Assembly: GCA_963796965.1 (NCBI GenBank)
Contig: CAWCNS010000004.1
Coordinates: 608,001 to 672,000 of the forward strand
Origin: Calditrichia bacterium
GTDB lineage: Bacteria > Calditrichota > Calditrichia > JAJRVZ01
Length of the DNA: 64,000 nt
Direction: 5' to 3'
Positions 1-12,149 of this stretch are shown here, one piece after another; the first letter of the stretch is position 1, and every line of letters starts with the position of its first letter. Made by a program: the position numbers and the translations under genes. Below the pieces are notes generated by a model. The model saw only the letters and a program-made list of their open reading frames with translations, was not told the DNA's origin and ran no database searches.

Positions 1-1419
1 TACAGTGGAGGACCATGGCTGAAAGATTTTGTACCGGTTGTTAAGGCAGTTGGTAAGGAAGACAATTTTGGCGGTAAGGACTACGTGGAGGGAAATGCCT
101 GGCAATTTAGTTGGTTTGCACCCCATGACGTACCCGGTTTAATTGATTTAATGGGATTAGAAGAATTTAACCGTCGTCTAGATGAAGGTTTCGAATTATC
201 CAGGCCTAACTTTGTAAGCCAGTTCGTCAATCATAGTAACCAACCCAATATGCAACCTGCTTTTCTGTTTAATTATTCAGGCAAACCCTGGTTAACGCAA
301 AAATGGGTGCGCGAAATACTGGAGAATTATTATGGTACCGGACCTGTCAATGGTTACCCGGGTGATGAAGATCAGGGGCAGATGGGAGCCTGGTATATTA
401 TGAGTGCCATTGGTCTCTTTCAGATGGATGGCGGTGCTTCTGTGGATCCTGTTTATGAAATCAGCAGTCCAATCTTTGAAAAAATAACCATCCAACTTGA
501 CCAAAACTACTATCCTGGTTCTGAATTTACCATAGAGGCAAAAAATGTATCCAGGGAAAATAAATATATTCAGTCAGCCCTGCTAAACGGTAAAACCCTT
601 AATACTTTCTGGTTTTATCATAAGGATCTTGTTAAAGGTGGTAGCCTTGTTCTTCAGATGGGTCCAGAACCTAACAAAAACTGGGGTTCCAAAGGCGGTT
701 TACCAAAAACCGAAGCAGTTGAACCGATAGTGACAACACCATATATCAGTTCAGATAATAAATTATTCCTGAACAAGACACAGGTATCTCTGGCCTGTGA
801 GACGAAGGGGGCAAAAATATATTATACTCTGAACGGTGCCCAACCAGATCTTAAATCAAAATTCTACAACGGCCCCTTTGATATAGATAAAACAACCCGG
901 ATAAATATGCGAGCCTATTCAGGTAAGACTTCCAGTCTTGTAGGGGAAGCAAAACTGGAACGCGCTGTGATAAGACCAGCTCTCTCTTTAAATAAAGTAA
1001 AACCCGGCCTTTCGTATAGATATTACACCGGTATATTTGAGAGAACCACGGCGGTTAAGGGGATCGAGCCAGAAAAAACAGGAATAATTTCACATATTAT
1101 GCTTGAACCGCGTACCAAAGAACAGTATTTTGCTTTTAATATTAAGGGTTATATTAATATTCCTGCGGATGGGCTTTACACATTCTTCCTAAAATCAAAT
1201 GACGGCTCGACCTTCAGTATCGATGGCAAAATGCTAATCAATAACGATGGCATGCATCCTGTTGTGCTAAGATTAGAACGCGTTGCTCTGGAGGCAGGTA
1301 TGCATCCCGTAGAGGTAGGCTATTTCCAGCATGGGGGCAGTCATATTTTGGAACTAAGCTGGAAAGGCCCTGGTTTTGAAAAACAGGAGGTCCCGGCGTC
1401 AGTGTTATTTTACAATTAA
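1..1419 (+). CDS. GH92 alpha-mannosidase (5' partial) with C-terminal FN3-associated and PA14 domains
   Basis: Frame open from base 1. GH92 motifs EGNAWQFSWFAPHD, HSNQP and GYPGDEDQGQMGAW. Tail IYYTLNGAQP followed by PA14-like LKSNDGS...NNDGMH. Confidence 0.9.
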   Translation, partial: YSGGPWLKDFVPVVKAVGKEDNFGGKDYVEGNAWQFSWFAPHDVPGLIDLMGLEEFNRRLDEGFELSRPNFVSQFVNHSNQPNMQPAFLFNYSGKPWLTQKWVREILENYYGTGPVNGYPGDEDQGQMGAWYIMSAIGLFQMDGGASVDPVYEISSPIFEKITIQLDQNYYPGSEFTIEAKNVSRENKYIQSALLNGKTLNTFWFYHKDLVKGGSLVLQMGPEPNKNWGSKGGLPKTEAVEPIVTTPYISSDNKLFLNKTQVSLACETKGAKIYYTLNGAQPDLKSKFYNGPFDIDKTTRINMRAYSGKTSSLVGEAKLERAVIRPALSLNKVKPGLSYRYYTGIFERTTAVKGIEPEKTGIISHIMLEPRTKEQYFAFNIKGYINIPADGLYTFFLKSNDGSTFSIDGKMLINNDGMHPVVLRLERVALEAGMHPVEVGYFQHGGSHILELSWKGPGFEKQEVPASVLFYN

Positions 1420-1448
1420 CATGGCTATTACGGGACCACCTTGAACTA

Positions 1449-1490
1449 TTTTTCCACGAATTACACAAATTAGAACGAATTTCACGAATT
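1449..1490 (+). repeat. Family A intergenic repeat (CACGAATT-type ~9-10 nt tandem units)
   Basis: tttttccacgaattacacaaattagaacgaatttcacgaatt. A near-copy lies in reverse complement at 12103-12145, with variants at 16526 and 30029. Confidence 0.8.
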
Positions 1491-1642
1491 ATTTTGTAAC
1501 AATTTAATTAAGAATTTATAAATACATTATAACAAAATATTTGTTTATTTACTTCATATGAGTCCCTTGGGATTGAAAAAATATATGACTAATATAAGAA
1601 TGAAGATTGAGCAAGAGAAAGAAAATAACTTGGGAGTAAGTG

Positions 1643-4600
1643 ATGGAAAAACGTATTGTTTTAATTCTAGGAATTATAGTTCTCGGATTTATCATACTGA
1701 CAGTTGGTTGTATGGAAAGTGATGATAAGTCTAACGTGAAAACCTTTGAAGAACTAAAAACTTTGTTTCAAACCCCACCTGTGGAATATAGCAGTGCGCC
1801 GCTATGGGTATGGAATGATGATCTTGATGAAGAATTGATTGATGAGCAATTGGAAGATATGAAGTTTGGGGGTATCCATGGTGTTTTTATTCATCCCCGT
1901 CCTGGTTTGATTACACCTTATCTGTCCGATCGATGGTTTGAGTTATGTCGGCATACGGTTGACAAAGCAAAAGAATTAGGAATGGAAGTATGGCTCTATG
2001 ATGAAAATTCTTATCCCAGCGGCTTTGCCGGTGGGCATGTGCCTGCTAAAATGCCGGAATCCTATAATCAGGGTATGGGGCTCCAGATGGAACAAGCTGA
2101 CCATCTCCTTGATAATGCAGGTGAAAAGTATTATCTGATCCTAAAAAAGACAAATGATGGTTATAAAGATGTAACCCAACAATGGAAATCTGAAGTGGGA
2201 CAATCAGGAGATTATTGTCTGTTTATAAAAACTTTTGAGGGCAAATCGCCCTGGTTTGGAGGGTACTCCTATGTGGATTTGCTCCTGGAGGGTGTTACAG
2301 AGAAATTTATCGAAGAAACCATGACCGGGTATCAAAAAGCAATCGGTCATGAATTTGGTAAAACAGTCCCGGGTATCTTTACAGATGAACCAAATATCAA
2401 AGCACCTGGTGGGACACGGTGGACACCAGCCTTATTCGATGAGTTCGAAAAACGCTGGGGGTATGATTTAAAAACAAATTTACCTTCAATCTTCATAGAA
2501 ACAGGCGACTTTCAACGTGTGCGGCATAATTATTATACATTATTACTTGAATTATTTATTGAGCGTTGGAGTAAACTGTGGTACGAATACACAGAAGACC
2601 ATAATTTGGCATGGACCGGGCATTATTGGGAACATGGATGGCCGGATCCCGGGCATGGTGGAGATAATATGGCCATGTATGCCTGGCATCAGATGCCGGC
2701 GATCGATGTTCTAATGAATCAGTATAGCGAAAATGTCAGTGCCCAGTTTGGAAATGTTAGAGCTGTTAAAGAATTACGCAGTGCCGCGAATCAGATGGGA
2801 AGAACAAGGACACTAAGCGAAACCTATGGAGCAGGTGGTTGGGATCTCCGCTTTGAGGATATGAAAAGAATTGGTGACTGGGAATATGTACTAGGTGTAA
2901 ATTTTCTCAATCAACATCTTTCCTATATCACCTTGTCCGGTGCCCGGAAACGTGATCATCCCCAATCATTTTCCTATCATGATCCCTGGTGGAAGTTTTA
3001 TCATACGCAAGGAGATTATTTTGCCCGTCTGTCGTTAGCCATGTCATCAGGAGTACAGATTAATAAAATTCTGGTTCTTGAACCTACAACCACTGCCTGG
3101 ATGTATTTCTCCACCCAGACAGCAAATAAGAAATATCGTCCACTGGGTCCCACTTTCCAAAAATTTCTCTTTGGCTTAGAAAAACGTCAAATTGAATATG
3201 ATCTGGGCTCCGAAAATATCATAAAAAATAATGGTAAAATTGTTGATGATAATTTTGTGGTTGGATATGGAAAGTATAACCTTGTCATACTACCACCACT
3301 TCTTGAAAATCTTGATAAAACAACCACAAATCTTCTGAAAAAGTATTTGGAAAACGGTGGCCAGGTTCTTTCTTTTTCCGGAATTCCAGGTTATGTCGAT
3401 GGCGTGAAGAATGAAGAGTTAACATCTATAGTTAACAAATATAAGACACAATGGCATCAAGCCTCTTCGCTAAAAGATGAAGTAGTTGCACCTTTACTGA
3501 AATCCGATGGTATTCAATTTGCAAACCCTGATGCAATAAAAGGCGTTTTATTCCATCACCGTCGTCAGCTGGAAGATGGACAATTAATATTCCTGGTGAA
3601 CAGTGACCTGGACAACTGGTCAACCGGATCATTTCTGACACAGGGGAGATCCATAAAGGAATTTAATTTGGAATCTGGTGAAATTGTATCCTATCCCTGG
3701 CAAGATAAAGAGGGTATGGTTAATGTTAATTTTGACCTGCCGCCGGCTGGAAGCCTTCTCCTTTATGTTAACCCGGAATCAGCTAAAATGCCGGAGCAAC
3801 AAAAAGCAGGAAAAGTGAAAATTCTGACACCGGCGGATAAAATGTCAATCGAACGCCTCGCCCCAAATACATTAACCCTTGACTACGTTGATTTAAGAGT
3901 GGCTGGCAAATCAGAAAAAGATATTTACTTTTTTCAGGCTGCCGATATGATTTTTAAAGAACATGGCTTTGAGGCTAATCCCTGGAGTAGTTCTGTTCAG
4001 TATAAATCAAATATACTCGATCGGAATACTTTTCCGGCTAATTCCGGATTCGAGGCTGACTATTCTTTTACCGTAGCGAAAGGTGTTAATCTCGGAGAAT
4101 TGAAGGCTGTTGCTGAGCGACCTGAAAATTGGCAACTGTCAATCAATGGCAAATCCATCAAGCCGAATAAAGATGAGAGTTGGTTGGACCGGGCATTTGC
4201 GGTGTATGATATCGGTAAAGAAGTCAATTACGGTCGTAATGTTATCACATTAAAAGCTTCCCCAATGACGGTTCATTCGGAGCTTGAACCGATTTACCTA
4301 ATTGGGGATTTTAACCTGAAATCTGTCAGCAAAGGATGGCAAATTGTCAAATCGTCTGCGGTAAAAATGGGAAGTTGGTCAGCCCAGGGTTTACCCTTTT
4401 ATTCGGATGGTATGTCCTACTCCAGCACCTATAAAGTACAACCCGGTTCAAAAACTTATATTGTTAAGGTAACGGACTGGTTGGGCTGTGTGGCGGAAGT
4501 TAAAGTCAATCAGAAGTCTGCGGGCGTCATTATCAGCCAACCCGGTGAATTAGATGTGACCGATCTCGTCAAGGAAGGCGAGAATGAAATTACCGTTAAT

Positions 4601-5483
4601 GTTTACGGTACACTTAAAAATTTGCTTGGCCCACATCATAATGGTCCTCTTCGTGGAAGTGCCTGGCCAGCCTCTTTTGAAGCTGCGGCAATAAATATGC
4701 CGGCTGGCGAAAATTATGATGTGATCGGTTATGGTTTATTTGAACCATTTATGTTAGTTGAATCTGAAGGTGGTTCACAACGGTATTATTTCAGGGAGTA
4801 CCGTGTCGCGCAACCAGTGATACACGCTGAAAAACATTTGCAAGTAGATAAGCCTCTTAAGGTAGAATTGAGCACAAGTACAGAGGGGGCGGATATCTAT
4901 TATACCATTAATGGGCAAATCCCCACACGATCATCCAAATCTTACAAGAGCCCGATTACGATTTCCAAAAATTCCTTTCTACAGGTGCGTGCTGTTAAGA
5001 AGGGACTGAAAGAAAGTGCGGTGGTTGCGCAATCCTTCTATCGTTCTGGATAGTAAGATTCATGGATTGGATTATGCTTATTATGAAGGTCAATGGGAGG
5101 ATATTCCACCCTTTGATGAGCTCAAAGCGATTCACAAAGGGCGGGTTTATGATTTTGACTTGAAATTGCTAAAAACGCGACAGGAAAAATTCGCGGTAAA
5201 ATATAAGGGTTATATCTATATTGCTAAAAGCGGTACTTATGACTTTTATATAAATTCAAATGATGGTAGCATACTTTTTATCGCTGGGAAGGAGGTAATC
5301 GATAATGGTGGAGCTCATGGCCTTCAGGAAAGACAAGGACAAATAAATTTGTCGACAGGATTACATCCAATTATGGTCCACTACTTTGATAGTGGTGGTA
5401 GCCAATACCTTGGCCTCTCCTATCAGGGCCCGGGTATCAAAAAGCAACAGGTCCCAGCCAGTATTTTGAGGTATCGGAAGTAA
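1643..5483 (+). CDS. GH106-like (alpha-L-rhamnosidase family) lipoprotein with FN3-associated and PA14 tail; one +1 frameshift near 5040
   Basis: Lipobox LTVGC. Motifs PLWVWND, FIHPRPGL, WLYDENSYPSGFAGG, FTDEP, SETYGAGGW. The PA14 ORF 5016..5483 joins when one base is removed (AQSF|IVLDSK). Confidence 0.8.
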
Positions 5484-5492
5484 ATTTCACAA

Positions 5493-5572
5493 GATTCCGA
5501 ATTTATTTCGGAATCCAAGTACGATAGAACCTGTCCGAAGGAATCCTTTGGAGAAACACGTTCAGGTTGACA
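5493..5572. repeat. Family B palindromic REP-like element with a nested 20-bp hairpin
   Basis: Palindrome gattccgaatttatttcggaatc, then cctg[tccgaaggaatcctttggag]aaacacgttcaggttgaca. The first arm resembles 36384-36408. Confidence 0.75.
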
Positions 5573-5694
5573 GAAATGTCTCCTTATCATGAATGAGTGA
5601 ATTTAGATAGAGAGGATAATCATTTATCCTTAGTCATTAATCTCATATAAGTGTATATCTTAGATTGAGACAAAAAAGTATTCAGGGAGGTATA

Positions 5695-7864
5695 ATGAGT
5701 AACAAGATGAAACGTCGCGATTTTATCAAGTCTTCTGTAGCAATTGGTGGTCTATCTATGCTACCATTTGAATTTTATAGTTGTACCTCTGAAACAGGTG
5801 ATTTTTTATACACTCCTAAGGAATATGATATCTTTTTTAAATATAAGGTACCCGGAAAAATCTACAGATATAATATGCAGAATCTAACCTCCCTGTTTCC
5901 TGAGGTATCGCCCCACCAACACTGGGTGTTAAAGTCTGTGGTTTGTATCTTTCAAGGATTGGTTAATCGGGTTGAGCCCCGGTTATATCTGAATAATTCT
6001 CCTTCTGATGTTGATTGGCTAGGTATTTATAAAAAAAATGGCTACGCATTAAATGTCAGCGATATATCAGATTTTGAACAGCTATTAAAAGAATTCTGTC
6101 CGGAGTTAGGTGGCTATATCGTTGCGGATCCAACTATGCCGGATACAATAAATGTTGCTCAAACCTGGGGAGCTCTGGAAAATTGGATGGTTGTTACCCC
6201 ACAATTGATACCGCTGGTTGAAAAATATGGTTTAAGACAAAAAGAGGATCTACGCGGTCGTTGGAAGGGAAGAGTGCCCGCGTATGAATGGGCCTTTGAG
6301 AATCTATTTAGCGGTTGTTCCAAACATGTTTTTGGTGATTGCTGTATTGATTTTCCCTTTCACCCCAGCGAGGGTTCTTTTCAAATTCGTGACTTCCTGG
6401 TAGCGAATAAATCATTTACTGTTGATCTTTCTGCTGCCCGAAGACAACGGAAAGAATATAATTTACTCAACAAGATTTATGATAAACTTGAATTTCCATC
6501 CGGTATCTGGGGTTGGCATGATTCGCGAGACCATGAACACTGGGCAGTGGACCGTGCAGCACGGAAGAGTGCCTATACGATCTGTGCAGTTGGTAGTCCG
6601 AATTTTACGGTTCATGGTGGTGTAAGACCTCAAAAAAGTGCGCTTCCAAAACAAAAACCGAGTACAAGAAAAAATCTGGTTGCAGAAAAAAATAAAATTT
6701 ATATTGCCTGGATGATGACCGATGGCGATGCTTTATGGGTGATGGCCAACCAGCAGATGGGAAATTGGGGACCACAGAAAAAACGGAATTTTCCTATGAC
6801 CTGGGGATTTCTTCCCCTGGTTGCCGATCTGGCGCCGGCTATGTATCTGGATTACATAAAAGAAATGAATGATAATGACTATATGATTGCCGGACCTTCG
6901 GGAGCAGGATATACCTATCCTTTTATGTACGCAGATCCCCGGCAATTCTTGCGTTATACAAAATTTTATATGCAGAAAACGGGATTGGAAATCGTTAATA
7001 TTACCAATTGGAATGATTATACGAATTGGCAGGAAGTCGATTTACCCGACTTTAATCCTATTCTTTACCAGGAGTTGGATAATTGTTTGGGTTATGTGCG
7101 CGGAATGGGTGAATCGGCCTTTGAACCCCATTATAATTTCGGGGACAAACCCTATGTTTTTTGCGGGGAGGGTATTCACAGAACTGATAAGGATGATGTG
7201 GACACGATAAAAAGTCTTCATTGAAGCCAATCCAAACCGTCCTCTTTTTATATTTTCACTCATCAATATTGCCACGAAGATGGAAAGAATACAAAAAGTG
7301 GTCGATTCTCTTGATACATATGATATTGAATATGTCCGTCTTGACGATTTTATGCACCTGATTAAAAGTGCTTATAAACAGGGCCTGATCACAGAGGATC
7401 TCTATCCAAACCGAGAAGGAAATGAGCAAATTCTTATAAAGGAAGCACCGGCAGCCTGGCAAAACACCAAGGCGGCGATTAAGAGGCTGGAACCGATTAT
7501 CAAAGCACCAAATGAAAAGAAAGCGCTCTTTGAGTTAAATTCTGACGAGGCCAACCTCGCCCAGGGACAGTTCATTACGGATGAAGATAAATCCGATATT
7601 CTCGCCTTTGCTCTTTGTGAATCTATGTTTGGATTGGCCAAAAATGTCCTCAATCTGCAAGGTATATATGTGAATCTGAGAAAAGAGTCAATTGAAAAAA
7701 TCACGAACATGTACAAAGAGTGGTCGGGTATCAATTCACTCAATCAGTTAATGAAAATGTGGGAAGAGTGGGAGCAAAGAACATTTGCCTGGAAGGAAGT
7801 TGTAGGGATAGGTCAAGATTTTCTAAAAGTATTTAAACAGGCTGATCGCTTATTTCCTTCTTAA
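5695..7864 (+). CDS. GxGYxYP-family putative glycoside hydrolase, Tat-exported; +1 frameshift near 7217
   Basis: RBS ggagg before ATG 5695, Tat motif KRRDFIK, signature GPSGAGYTYP and MTDGD. Removing one base gives DTIKS|FIEANPNRPLF, which runs into ORF 7280..7864. Confidence 0.8.
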
Positions 7865-7938
7865 GGTTGAAATTCGAGCCTATTTTGGCCGATTACAAGT
7901 AACTCTTATATGAAAATTGTCACGTAATCAGGTAACTA

Positions 7939-8311
7939 ATGTTAAAGAAAATCTTTCCATTTCTTTTGTTGTCAGGATTGATCAGTTTATTAGCAATCGG
8001 ATGTGAAGACGTTTGCAAAATAAAAGCAAAGATCCATCCCTCATTGCAAATGCTGCCAGTTCCGCAGGGAGTGGGGGTCAATATTCATTTCTTTGAAGGT
8101 AATGAAAAAGACTGGTCGATGATTGATAAGTCTGGTTTGGGTATTGTACGCATGGATGTGTCCTGGGCGGCAATAGAAAGGGAAGCAGGAAGATATGATT
8201 TCAGCCGTCATGATGGCTTGATCCGCAATCTGGAAGATCACAATCCTGCGCGTATGTGATGCCGAGGGCAGACCATTGGATCTCAATCAATATTCGATTA
8301 ATATAGAATGA
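7939..8311 (+). pseudogene. Truncated N-terminal remnant of a GH39/GH5-like (clan GH-A) lipoprotein
   Basis: Lipobox LAIGC, GVGVNIHF and IVRMDVSWAAIEREAGRYDFS match the start of GH39-like barrels. The ORF stops after about 106-123 aa in either frame and has no NEP catalytic motif. Confidence 0.6.
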
Positions 8312-8388
8312 ACCGGATAGAAGAATCATTGGGGAACTCTTCGGGATCACTAATCAAAGGCATACCATAAATATGAAGGAACACATCA

Positions 8389-9750
8389 ATGCCTAAGAAG
8401 ATATCAAGACGAAATTTTATAACTACGTCAGCTGCCTTAACGGTCGGAGTCAATATGGGTTTAAATGCCAAATCCTATGCCAGAATTATCGGTGCAAACG
8501 ACCGCATTAATATTGGATTTCTGGGATGCGGAGCGCGGAGCGGTGGACATCGCAATATGGTTGAAATGTCTTATAAAGATAAAAATCTTAGGGTTGTGGC
8601 CGTTTGTGATATCTGGCGTCTAAACCGCGAACAGGCAGCAGCTGAATGCAAATCCAGATTTGGTGATAGCGTCAGGGAATTCAAGTATTCAGAAGATATG
8701 CTGGAGATGAAGGATCTGGATGGGGTGATGATTGCAACAGGTGATCATCAGCATGCCAAAATTCTGGCAGAAGTTGTTAATGCCGGTAAGGACTGTTATT
8801 GTGAAAAACCGATGGCTCAGGATATAGTTGAAGCCAAATTGGCACGGGATACGGTCCTGAATTCAGATCAGGTTGTGCAAATGGGATCTCAATGGGTTAG
8901 CGATCCGATACAGCAAAAAGTCCGGGATATCGTGCGTTCAGGAAAACTTGGACAAATCACAAAAATTGAGCAGTGCTGGAATGATAATAATCATCGCTGG
9001 CATAACCCGGATGATACAGATGTGCATTCTATCCGTGAAAAAGATACAGATTGGCAACGCTGGTTGCTAGGTAAACCCGATCGGCCGTTCGATCCATGGA
9101 AGTATTTTGAGTTCCGCATTTTTAAGGATTTCTCAGGTGGCATTACCTCACAGTGGATGAGTCATGGTATAGGATTGGTCCATTTTTATACAGATACCGC
9201 AATTCCTGATACAATGGTCGCAAGCGGTGGAATATTCGGATGGCCGGATATTCGAGAGAATCCGGACACCTTTCAGGCTTTAGCAACTTATGAGGATCAG
9301 AAATTTCTTTATTCTTATCAGTCCAGCTATGCCAACCGTTTCGGCGATTACAATATCATCCGTGGAAAGGATGCCACCTTATTTGCCCACGGCGGTGAAG
9401 GGAGTCCGCGATGGTTTTTAATCAAAGAACATCAACAACTACCAGGGGGCTTTGACTTCTACGAAGGTTTTAAGCAAGCGGTCGAGAAAGGTCAGGCAGA
9501 GATAATTACCTGTCCCGAATACGGAAATACCTTACCGCCTACCGGTGGGAGCGATGATAGTAAATGGCACCTGGATAATTGGATTGATTGTATGCGCAGC
9601 AGAAATAAGCAAACCAATGGGCATATTATGACCGGTTACTGGCATTCTATCGGTATTGTCATGGCAACTGAAGCCTACCGCCAGAGAGAAAAATTGTACT
9701 GGGATCGTGAGAAAGAGGAGATTGTCTCAACACCGCCTCAGAAGAGATAA
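8389..9750 (+). CDS. Tat-exported Gfo/Idh/MocA family oxidoreductase
   Basis: SRRNFI Tat motif, GANDRINIGFLGCGAR Rossmann start, YCEKPM motif. Confidence 0.9.
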   Translation: MPKKISRRNFITTSAALTVGVNMGLNAKSYARIIGANDRINIGFLGCGARSGGHRNMVEMSYKDKNLRVVAVCDIWRLNREQAAAECKSRFGDSVREFKYSEDMLEMKDLDGVMIATGDHQHAKILAEVVNAGKDCYCEKPMAQDIVEAKLARDTVLNSDQVVQMGSQWVSDPIQQKVRDIVRSGKLGQITKIEQCWNDNNHRWHNPDDTDVHSIREKDTDWQRWLLGKPDRPFDPWKYFEFRIFKDFSGGITSQWMSHGIGLVHFYTDTAIPDTMVASGGIFGWPDIRENPDTFQALATYEDQKFLYSYQSSYANRFGDYNIIRGKDATLFAHGGEGSPRWFLIKEHQQLPGGFDFYEGFKQAVEKGQAEIITCPEYGNTLPPTGGSDDSKWHLDNWIDCMRSRNKQTNGHIMTGYWHSIGIVMATEAYRQREKLYWDREKEEIVSTPPQKR

Positions 9751-9903
9751 TCTGCAGATGTCTGTATTGCTTATTTTATTGAAGAATGGGATGATCCGTT
9801 CATGAAGGAGTAAGTTAAAAAAAATTCCGGATTAATCAGACATTAGATGGGTCAGTAAATCTGATCAATGCATATTGTTGCAAACAAATCGTAAAATTTT
9901 CTC

Positions 9904-9975
9904 TGTCATCCTGAAGGGATCTTCCTTCGTGTAGATGCGATTTAGGCAAGCAGGAAGATTCCTAACGGAATGACA
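9904..9975. repeat. Family B palindromic REP-like element (TGTCATCC...GGAATGACA)
   Basis: tgtcatcctgaagggatcttcct...aggaagattcctaacggaatgaca. Homologous to 15085-15157 and 39944-39996. Confidence 0.85.
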
Positions 9976-10053
9976 CAAAAATTTTGCTTATTTAACAAAG
10001 TTTTTGGCAGAAACAGCAAGATTATACCTCTAACAAAAAATACAGGAGAAAAC

Positions 10054-12015
10054 GTGATTGCTACTAATAATCAAAATCTGAGATACCCGGTTCTGATAAT
10101 GATTCTATGTTTACTTTTTCTTATTAGTCTAATCGGTTATGCAAATAATGAAATCAGTTATCAAGAAGGTAGTTATATTAAAGATTGGCTGATTTGTGGA
10201 CCCTTTCCCAACTGTGAAGATTGTTCTACAACCAATTATTACCATAACACAAAATGCACAGGTTTTTATACTGATTATCTTGCTTCGATGGGAGGGGAAT
10301 TATCTGCCATCCCAAGTGAGGGCAGCAGTGTAAGAGTGGAAGAGAAAAATCTTGAACGTAAATGGTTCCGTTATCAGTCAGAAGGTGATCTGATACCTCT
10401 GAATGATATTCTTGATCCAAACGACCTGGTTGTCGCCTATGCCTTTTGCCAGGTCAATAGCCCTGAAGCGAAAAAATCAATCTTGTCTCTCGGAAGTAAT
10501 GATGGCATTCAGGCATTTTTGAATGGTAAAAAAATACATGAAATTCATCCCAGAACCGGACGCTGGTTGCAGAGGGACAATGATTTTATCCCTGTTGAAC
10601 TGAAGGCAGGATTAAATAATTTATTGCTAAAAATTGATGAGGGTGGTGGCGAATTTGGATTTGTCGCCCGGTTTTTGAATTATGACTCCACTATGGCTGC
10701 TATACGCAACAACCTAGATGCCCATAAAGTACTTTCCCTGGTAGCTTATGCTGATACACTAAAAGCAAGTTTTGGCAAACCTTACAAAATCTCGGCGCTT
10801 AGCCCGGGCACAGATGTAAAAATCGAACTAATTCATGAAACGGCTGGGAAGTTAGCCGAAATATCAACTGCTCCGGGAACAGAGGTGCCCTTTGCTCTTT
10901 CCTCAATTCCAGATGGTTTTTACCAGGCGAGGGCAACATTTCCTACAGAAGAGGACGGTATAATTGTTTCTGAAACACGCAACTTTCAGGGAAAACTTAA
11001 AAGACATCCAAAAGTGAAGATGTTGGATAAAAACCTGATGCCTATCGGTAACGATGGTAAGCCTTTTTTCCCCATTGGTACCTACGGGGCTCCAGTGGAA
11101 GACTATCAGAAGTTAAAAAAAGCCGGGTATAATTTTGTGGTTGCCGCAGGTTCTAACCTTGATAAAGTGCATGAAGCAGGTTTGATGGCGGCGGTTCCGG
11201 TTCATGGAAAAAAACCTCACTGGTTCGAAGAGGTGCGCGAAACGATAGAAAAATATAAAGATCATCCCGCCGTCTTGTGTTGGATGCTCTATGATGAACC
11301 TGGATATAACCGGGCCGATCTTCTGGATATTTATGAATTATATAAGGTAGCCCATAAAGCAGACCCTGATCATCCATCCTATCTGGTCATTACAAACCCA
11401 AGGGTATATAAAACATTCGGTTATTGTTGCGATATATTAGCAGTAGATACCTATCCGGTGGTACAGGGAGATTATACAGCAGTGGGTGAAAATCTTGCCA
11501 GGGCTGTCCGGGAAATCCCGGATGACCTACCCGTATGGCATTGTGGACAAATGTTCGCCTGGCCGGCACAGCGTAGACCTACTGTACAGGAACACCGCTT
11601 TATGACCTATGCCGCAGTTATTGAAGGGGCTAAAGGAATGTTGTGGTATACCTATAAAGGTTTTGGACAATATCTGCCAGAAGATGACCCCGAGTTATGG
11701 CGTTCTCAAAAAAAGTTATTAGCAGAAATTAATGATCTCGCAGTACTATATATGGAAGGTAAAAAAGGTAAAGAGATTAATATGGTTAATGTTCTGGATG
11801 ATATTAAATTCAGATATATCAAAAGCACAAAGGGCAACTATCTGCTCGTTGTCAACCAGTCCAAAACGGAAACACTCTCACCGTCTTTTAAAATGCCGAA
11901 GAATGTGTCCCAAAAAATTTCTGTCTACGGTGAGGATAGATCCATTGAGATAAAAAATAATCAACTTACAGATACATTTAAACCACTAGATGTGCATATT
12001 TATCAAATTAGGTAA
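10054..12015 (+). CDS. Secreted putative glycoside hydrolase: N-terminal PA14-like beta domain plus C-terminal clan GH-A-like barrel
   Basis: RBS caggag before GTG 10054 and a signal peptide. DWLICGPFPN and GSNDG domain. Barrel motifs YKDHPAVLCWMLYDEP and DILAVDTYPV. Paralogous to 15226..16442. Confidence 0.65.
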   Translation: MIATNNQNLRYPVLIMILCLLFLISLIGYANNEISYQEGSYIKDWLICGPFPNCEDCSTTNYYHNTKCTGFYTDYLASMGGELSAIPSEGSSVRVEEKNLERKWFRYQSEGDLIPLNDILDPNDLVVAYAFCQVNSPEAKKSILSLGSNDGIQAFLNGKKIHEIHPRTGRWLQRDNDFIPVELKAGLNNLLLKIDEGGGEFGFVARFLNYDSTMAAIRNNLDAHKVLSLVAYADTLKASFGKPYKISALSPGTDVKIELIHETAGKLAEISTAPGTEVPFALSSIPDGFYQARATFPTEEDGIIVSETRNFQGKLKRHPKVKMLDKNLMPIGNDGKPFFPIGTYGAPVEDYQKLKKAGYNFVVAAGSNLDKVHEAGLMAAVPVHGKKPHWFEEVRETIEKYKDHPAVLCWMLYDEPGYNRADLLDIYELYKVAHKADPDHPSYLVITNPRVYKTFGYCCDILAVDTYPVVQGDYTAVGENLARAVREIPDDLPVWHCGQMFAWPAQRRPTVQEHRFMTYAAVIEGAKGMLWYTYKGFGQYLPEDDPELWRSQKKLLAEINDLAVLYMEGKKGKEINMVNVLDDIKFRYIKSTKGNYLLVVNQSKTETLSPSFKMPKNVSQKISVYGEDRSIEIKNNQLTDTFKPLDVHIYQIR

Positions 12016-12021
12016 AAAATA

Positions 12022-12145
12022 AAAAGGTAAAAGGTAATAGGAAAAAACTAATTACTAATTCCGAATTACAAATCCCAACTCAATTGTCAGTATAAAATAT
12101 GTAATTTGTGGAATTCGCTTGAATTCGTTTAATTCGTGGAAAAAA
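12022..12145. repeat. Family C 7-mer tandem tract (12022-12078) plus family A repeat on the minus strand (12103-12145)
   Basis: aaaaggt aaaaggt aatagga, then taattac taattcc gaattac aaatccc. Then aatttgtggaattcgcttgaattcgtttaattcgtggaaaaaa, the reverse complement of the 1449 repeat. Confidence 0.7.
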
Positions 12146-12149
12146 TTCT

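Noticed and set aside
9751..9813. Stop-codon readthrough extension of the Gfo gene (SADVCIAYFIEEWDDPFMKE*)
   Set aside because: The Gfo protein already ends at its normal family C-terminus with TAA. A 20-codon open stretch is unremarkable.
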